Shown here: in pieces, positions 56,531-64,000 of the stretch
Layout of the letters: every line of letters starts with the position of its first letter
Numbering within the stretch: the stretch's first letter is position 1
NCBI GenBank assembly: GCA_951406725.2
Contig: OX597824.1
Coordinates: 62,001-126,000 of the forward strand
Reading direction: 5' to 3'
DNA from: Octopus vulgaris
Taxonomy: Eukaryota
Length of the DNA stretch: 64,000 nucleotides
The notes under the pieces: generated by a model
Seen by the model: only the letters and a program-made list of their open reading frames with translations
Told to the model about the DNA's origin: nothing
Database searches by the model: none
Position numbers and translations under genes: made by a program

Positions 56531-58661
56531 GTAATTGTTTGAATCTTTGGAAGTTATAACATGGGGTAGTGTAGAGATTAATGAGATAGTAATTGTGAGA
56601 CTGAATGGTACGGTTTATTCAACGGTCATAAAAGGGAATACGATAAATATATATCGTAATCATAAAGAAATCGAATGTATTATGTTTGTTGCTTAACGCT
56701 CTTTCTGTTCTGTGTACACTTGTGATATACAGGACACATTTCTCTGGCGTTCATTCATACTATATGATACATACACCCGATCTTTTTAACCCCCAGAGTA
56801 ACCTAGGATTTAGGAACGTATGAAAACTAGCAGAGACCTTTAGGACAAACTTATGGGTCAAGCGAACATTTGAATGTATAGACTAAAATTTAACACGTAT
56901 ATTAGTGCGTTGTCACGGCCGAAACTTATTTCCATTGAGTTACTCTAAGTGAGAAGCGGCGGAAAAGAAAAAGTTATTGTTAAATCTGATGCCAAGATTA
57001 ACCGCCGTAACGGAACGAAGACAGGTTTATATTGGTAATCTAATCTAATCTTTGGATGTATATTTTTAAGATTTTTAAGAAAAGATTAGTATTGTCTCCA
57101 GTTTGTTAATTAAGGATTAGTTGTCTCAGTATCGTCTGTTAAGGGTAAATCATAAACTGTGAGAAGTTGTGTTTTATGGTACAAAATAGAAAGAAAAAAT
57201 AACTGGAGGAGAGAATGGTGAGAGGAGGCTGAAGGATGATAAAGTTAATCAAGAATAAATACACATACACACATATAGAGATAGATAGACATACATACAT
57301 TTCTCTCCTTCTCTCTCTCTCTCTCTCTCTCTCTCCCTCTGTATACATACATACATACATACATACATACATACATACATACATACATACACATTTATAA
57401 TTATATAAATGTTATATCAAAACTTGACAGTGCAGCCAACGGCGAAACTCAGACAAGACAATCAGTTTTTGATATGGAAAAATTATATCGAACCATTGAA
57501 ACCAGTGTCTTGAGTTCTTTATGAGATAATTTTCGTCCGATGTAAAATAGATTTGAAAATACTTTACAACTCTACTTTATGGTGTACATATGTGATTATA
57601 TGTTGAATTGTCTAATCGTATGAAGTGTAGTCTAGGAAAATAGTCACGTATCTGGGCGGATTTTAGATTTAAAAGGCAATTTAAAATGCCTAAAAAGGGG
57701 CAAATATTAATGTGAAGTGCTAATGATCTTTGGTAAAATGTATTAGATTAAGTAATAATGTTTGACTAAAGAGTCCTATTCATAGATAAAGTATGGAGAG
57801 AGCTAAATATAATTTACTTATATCGGAAACGGGTTTGGAAATTACTAATGAAACGTTGGGGTTCACTGAAATTTATGAGGGCAAATGGAATCACTGTATA
57901 ATGTTGAATATAGAGTATCTTGTAGAGTTTTAGTACATTAGTAATCTGGAATATGAAAGAGAATTAGTATCATTATAGAAAAGGTGTCAGTACATCTACT
58001 TTAAGATTATGAATTATAAATGAAGAAGAATAAAGTGTTGCCGTTGATTGTCAGTTGGCACTTTAGTACGATAGTCGAATAAATAAGAAATGGTAGACAG
58101 TTTTATAAGTACAGATAAGTGTCAGATAAAGTAATAAAATTTCAAACTACCGAGTAAGCTGAAATAAGATGTTCGACTAAAAAATTAATGATTATTTAAC
58201 CCTTGAAGGCTTCTACGTAATTTGGTAATCTTTACTTGCCAGTAACAGATGAAAAGTCTAAAGTGTCCAAGTGTTTCGCGTGTTTTATGAGAACAAAATG
58301 AAAAGAATCCTTAGTTGTGGTTAAGGGAGGTTTTTTTCTTAAACAAAAGGGATTTGCCTAAATCCCTTATGTTGCTCAGGTAACAATTTTTTGTAGTTGT
58401 TGTTGCTAGAGTAAAGCTTAAAGGTAACTATTTTCCATTTAAGTCTGTAGTTGATGTTTTTCAAGTTTAGATTTCAGATTGTATGAATATTTGGACAGTC
58501 ATTTCTTCAAAATGAAACTAGCATTACTACTCTTCCAAAATGGTGTATCTTGCTGCATCAAATATGATTACAAAAAGTACAGAAATGCTGGTTGTCTCGT
58601 AATTTCAAAAGAGTCACAATAAGACCAATGTCTAACGGATAGAATGTTACTTTCTAAAATA

Positions 58662-59955
58662 CGAGATGGTATCAAAAAGTTCCTGGACTAGTTCTGTAGC
58701 GCGCCAACAGATGGCAGCACAAGGCTGCGTGCGCAGTGACCTTAAAGAAGCAGTGCGTCGTCGAGTGGCATCACTGTTTACTTCGTAAGTTGTGAAATTT
58801 GATTTCTTTTGTGATCACGTGATGCCATAGTTTGCAATTTACTCATGAATAGGAACAAAGATACAATGTGAAATTTTGCGTTAAACTTCGGAAGTCTGCC
58901 TCAGAGACATTGAGCATGCTTCGGCAAGCTTACGGCAATGAGGCAATGGGCCATACACAATGTTCCAAGTGGCACGGGCGCTTCAAAAGCCGAAGAACAT
59001 GCCTCGAAGACGATGAGCGATCCTGAAGACCTGCCAAGAGCGTCACCCCCAGAAATGGGAAGAAGATTCATCAGCTTGTGCGTGAAGATCGTCGGAGGAA
59101 ATCGACGACATTGCTGATGTTGTTGGCCTGTCGTATAGGTCCGTGTAGGCAATCCTAACGTCTGGATTGAACATGCGGCGTGTCTCTGACAAGTTTGTCC
59201 CCCGCCTTCTGACCACTGAGCAGAAAGAATATCGCGTCGAAGTCTATCAAGGTCACCGTCAGCGTGCCGCTGATGACCCATCCTTCATGTCGACGATCAG
59301 CACCGGTGACGAGAATTGGGTCAACAGGTGCGACCCTGAGACGAAGCAGCAGTCGTCACAGTGGAAGAGCCATTCATCTCCACAACTGAAGAAGGCACGA
59401 CAACACAGCAGCTCAATCAATAGCTTGCTCCCTTGTTCTTTTCGATATCTACGGTATTGTGCATCGAGAATTCGTTCCCCAGAGCCCGACCGACAATCGA
59501 GAGTTCTGCTGCGACGTTTTGAAGCGTTCGAGGGAGGACATTCGCCGAAAGCGACCGGATCTATGGAGAGCGACGGATTGGATTCTTCATGACGACAATG
59601 CACCGTCATCCAGCTCTCCTCACCTTTGATTTTTTCGCTAAAACAACATGGTAGGGCTTCTGCAGCCGTCCTATTCACCAGATTTAGCAGCTGCGGACTT
59701 CCATCTCTTCCCCCAATATGAAAATGCAGCTCAAAGGCTGCTGTTTTAACACCATTGTCGAGACCCAGAGCGAATTGCAGAAAGTCCTCGACTCGCTTAG
59801 GGAAAAAGACTTCCAGGCCAGATTCCAAAAGCGGCAGGAACGCTGGGATATTGCTGTGCAAGGTGACTATTTCAAAGAAGGTGATGTTAAAACTTAGGTA
59901 AATAAGATATTTTTATTAAACATAACTAGTCCGGAAACCTTTTGATACCATCTCG
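58662..59955 (+). mobile_element. Near full-length mariner transposon, defective transposase (~58845-59900)
   Basis: TIRs CGAGATGGTATCAAAAAGTTCC / GGAAACCTTTTGATACCATCTCG; EQRYNVKFCVKL, FVPRLL, TGDENWV, HDDNAP, YSPDLAAADFHLF. Confidence 0.92.
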
Positions 59956-59997
59956 TTTACAATTACAGTCCAAGGGACAATTATTTCTGTTAAAATA

Positions 59998-60536
59998 TTG
60001 GGTTGTCCGGAAAGTTCGTGCCGATTTATAGTAGCTTATCTTTCGACTTATTTTAGAACATGGCTGAGTCCATAAAATAGGATTTGACTACATCTCCATT
60101 TAGAGCACAGTTTAAGCTATCTTTTCGTGGAAGAAGGTTTATGTTCCTATAACCTGTATTAATTCTGTAACCCTTTAAAATGGAAGATTTTTGGAAACCA
60201 GAAAAAAATTGCTAGGGCTCGGCTGGAATGTGTTACCCCACCCTCCATATTCACCAGATATTGCTCCTTCGGATTTCCACTTATTCAAGTCTCTGTAGAA
60301 TGGTCTTAATGGCAAAAATTTCAATTCCTTGGATGACGTAAAAAGATACCTTGATGAATTCTTTGCCATGAAACCACTTCAATTCTGGGAAGAGGGTATT
60401 TTCAAGTTAAACGACAAATGGAGATGCATTGTGCAACAAAATGGTTCATATTTGGTTGATAAAAAATGTAATGGCAAATATTTATTGACATTTTTCTTTC
60501 CTTTAATAATCGGCACAAATTTTCCGGACAACCCAA
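59998..60536 (+). mobile_element. Internally deleted mariner
   Basis: TIRs TTGGGTTGTCCGGAAAGTTCGTGCCGAT / ATCGGCACAAATTTTCCGGACAACCCAA with TA flanks; retains HPPYSPDIAPSDFHLF and the C-terminus. Confidence 0.92.
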
Positions 60537-61036
60537 TAGTTGAAAGTTACGGTACTGGAGTTAGTGTATTTAAACAGGTTTGTGCCGCTCATTCCCTTCC
60601 AATTCCCTTCATACATTTCCATTCCAGTCTCATGTATGTATAATCAAAGAAACTGACTTATTTACACAATCACAATTATTGTTTCAATAATTACACTCAA
60701 TTTAGTTTTCTATATTCTAGTGCTAACATAAATTCGCATCGCTTATTTCAAATGATAAGCTATCACAAATCTACAATCACATTTGGTTTCTAATATCCAT
60801 TTACTATCAACACTTACTCTTATACATAAATCCACATAAATTCTTAATGATAAACAATTTTCCATACACAGCACCGTTTTTCTTCTACATACATACATAC
60901 ATACATACATACATACAGTATGTATATATATTATACGATGGCATGAATCTCATGTTGTGAGATGAAATTCAATTTCAACAAGTTATAAGCATATCTAACC
61001 CCACACATATATGTATTTATATCTATATCAACATCC

Positions 61037-61112
<76 letters not shown>

Positions 61113-61113
61113 G

Positions 61114-61177
<64 letters not shown>

Positions 61178-61233
61178 AATCTATCTATCTGTCTATCTGT
61201 CTGTTTCAGTATATACATATATGTTATATACAT

Positions 61234-61318
<85 letters not shown>

Positions 61319-61340
61319 GTGTGTGCGTTATATACATACA

Positions 61341-61786
<446 letters not shown>

Positions 61787-62218
61787 CGTATATTTCTATA
61801 GAGATACACACACGCACGTTTTCACACACACGCGTGTATGTATTCATACATACGCGCAGATATGTATACATATTTGCTCGTAGGTATATGTGCACCAACA
61901 AATATCTATTTGTAGAATGTAAAGAAACCAATCTACGCAGAAACGATTAACAATAGCATAACAAGAAAGAAAGGAAGAAAGAAGGGAAGGAAGGAGGAAA
62001 TAAACAAACAAACAAAACTAACTAGCAAAAAGAAATCTATAAATCTTCTGCCAGATATTTCTCGAAATTTTAATAAAACTCCATCCTTCATTCAGTCAAA
62101 ATACAACAAAATCTTTCAGTGTAAAAGGGAAGAGGCAAATAAAAAAAAATCCAGATGATCGAACAATGTAAATGAAAAATATGAAGTCTTTTTCTTTTTT
62201 TAATGACGTAGAATAGAA

Positions 62219-62600
62219 CTAGCAGTATCGCCCGGCGTTGCTCGGGTTTGTAAGGGAAATAACTATAAAGCATTTTTAGAGAGTTATAGCCAAAAAATAG
62301 AAAAAAATGGAAAAAAATTATGGTAAATTTTTTTTGAGAGTTAAAACGGTCGAGTTGCATCCCCTAGACAGTCTGTGGTTTGTGTTTCTGATTCTCGACC
62401 CCATGTTGAATTTATCGATTTCTTTCAGAACTGGGGGAACTTTTCAAAATCTTCGCTGCGTTAGTTTTGAATTATGACATTGGGCTATGTGTGTGTCAAG
62501 TTTCATCAGAATCGGTTGAAAGCCATGGTCAGAGTGAGGGTACAACCTGACAGACACACAGACACACACACAGACAAACTGCCGTTTATATATAGAGAGA
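62219..62600 (-). mobile_element. Non-autonomous Helitron sharing its 3' end with 26742
   Basis: CTAGCAGTATCGCCCGGCGTTGCTCGGG end; different body; minus strand starts A|TC. Confidence 0.8.
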
Positions 62601-62999
62601 TAGAATAACAGAATAGACCAGATTGCAAAATTCTACAATTCGGAAATCTCGTAATGTTTCGTAAGATTGACTCCATTGTTATATTATTCTATGTATACTA
62701 TTATCGTTGTTTCACTTCCGGTAGCGTCATTTTGAAATTGCTAACTGTAAAACGAACCCATAACCTATTAACATTTTTCTTTGAAAAGCAAAGTAAGATT
62801 TAAAAGAAAATAATTATACATACATACATATATACATACATGTATGTGTGTGTGTATACGCGTGTGTGTGTGAAACGATTTCACATAAGTGAAGAATGTG
62901 TACACACACACACACACACACACACGGAGATATGTTTATATTTATAAGTATAAGTATATATGTATATATGTATATACCTATTATATATATGTGCGAGTA

Positions 63000-63104
63000 T
63001 GTATATGTGTGCATTGTATGTACGTACTATGTATGTATTTATGCATGCATGCATGTATGTATTATGTATGTATGTATGTATGTATGTATGTATGTATGTA
63101 TGTG

Positions 63105-63138
<34 letters not shown>

Positions 63139-63174
63139 TGTATGTATGTATATATATATGTATGTATGTATGTG

Positions 63175-63208
<34 letters not shown>

Positions 63209-63298
63209 TGTATGTATGTATGCATGTATGTATGTATGTATGTATGTATATATATATGTATGTATGTATGTATATATATGTATGTATGTATGTATGTG

Positions 63299-63331
<33 letters not shown>

Positions 63332-63332
63332 G

Positions 63333-63366
<34 letters not shown>

Positions 63367-63454
63367 TGTATGTATGTATGTATGTATGTATGTATGTATG
63401 TGTATATATGTATGTATGTATGTATGTGTATATATGTATGTATGTATGTATGTG

Positions 63455-63487
<33 letters not shown>

Positions 63488-63664
63488 GTATATATGTATG
63501 TATGTATGTATGTATGCATGTATGTATGTATGCGTATATATATATGTATGTATGTATGTGTATATATGTATGTATGTATGTATGTGTATATATATATGTA
63601 TGTATGTATGTGTATGTATGTATGTATGTATGTATGTATGTATGTATGTATGTATGTATGTATG
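63000..63664. repeat. Long (TATG)n-based microsatellite
   Basis: Direct reading. Confidence 0.95.
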
Positions 63665-64000
63665 AAACAATTTTGCAGAAATTAAATGGATGACAGTTTG
63701 GCTTTTTTTTTCTCATTTCCGATGAATGTAACAAGAAGTGTATTGTTATAATTCTTAACATTTCTGTAACTGTTTTTCTTTTCTCTAGTTTTCTTTTATA
63801 ACAGCATAAATCATCAATCATGTAGCACTGAATGTAGGCACGAGATATATCTGCGCGAGCGCGCGTGTGTGCAATGAGGAAGCCATGCGTATATGTACCT
63901 CCGACGGAAGCGAATTGGGAAACATTGAACAAGGTGTGTTTTCGTTTTTCAGATCTTCGTTGCATCACTAATATTTGAGCAACGGGGATTAGTCCTTTTC

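Overview
AT-rich, microsatellite-saturated, apparently non-genic eukaryotic DNA. The repeat content (CORE-type tRNA SINEs, mariner elements, RTE and R4/Dong LINEs, Penelope-like elements, Helitrons) looks like an octopus/coleoid cephalopod genome; this is inference from remembered repeat families, not a search. I found no host protein-coding exon I can support, and almost all ORFs in the track are translated simple repeats. Real coding remnants are all transposon-derived: mariner transposases (17098-18060, 58845-59900, 60180-60460), an R4/Dong REL endonuclease (39363-40050), an RTE C-terminus with three C2H2 fingers (52133-52845) and a Neptune-like Penelope RT-thumb/GIY-YIG ORF (53555-54812). 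Two things stand out. (1) About 20 type-I hammerhead ribozyme motifs from roughly ten distinct families sit at Penelope-type termini, often as foldback pairs inside (TA)n tracts; they include recurrent non-canonical cores (G3:C8 swap, A6->U) and versions with large stem-II insertions. (2) A head-to-tail Helitron concatemer (26742-32621) has captured and duplicated ~1.5 kb of other repeats, including a ribozyme foldback. All folds and boundaries were read by eye and need computational confirmation.
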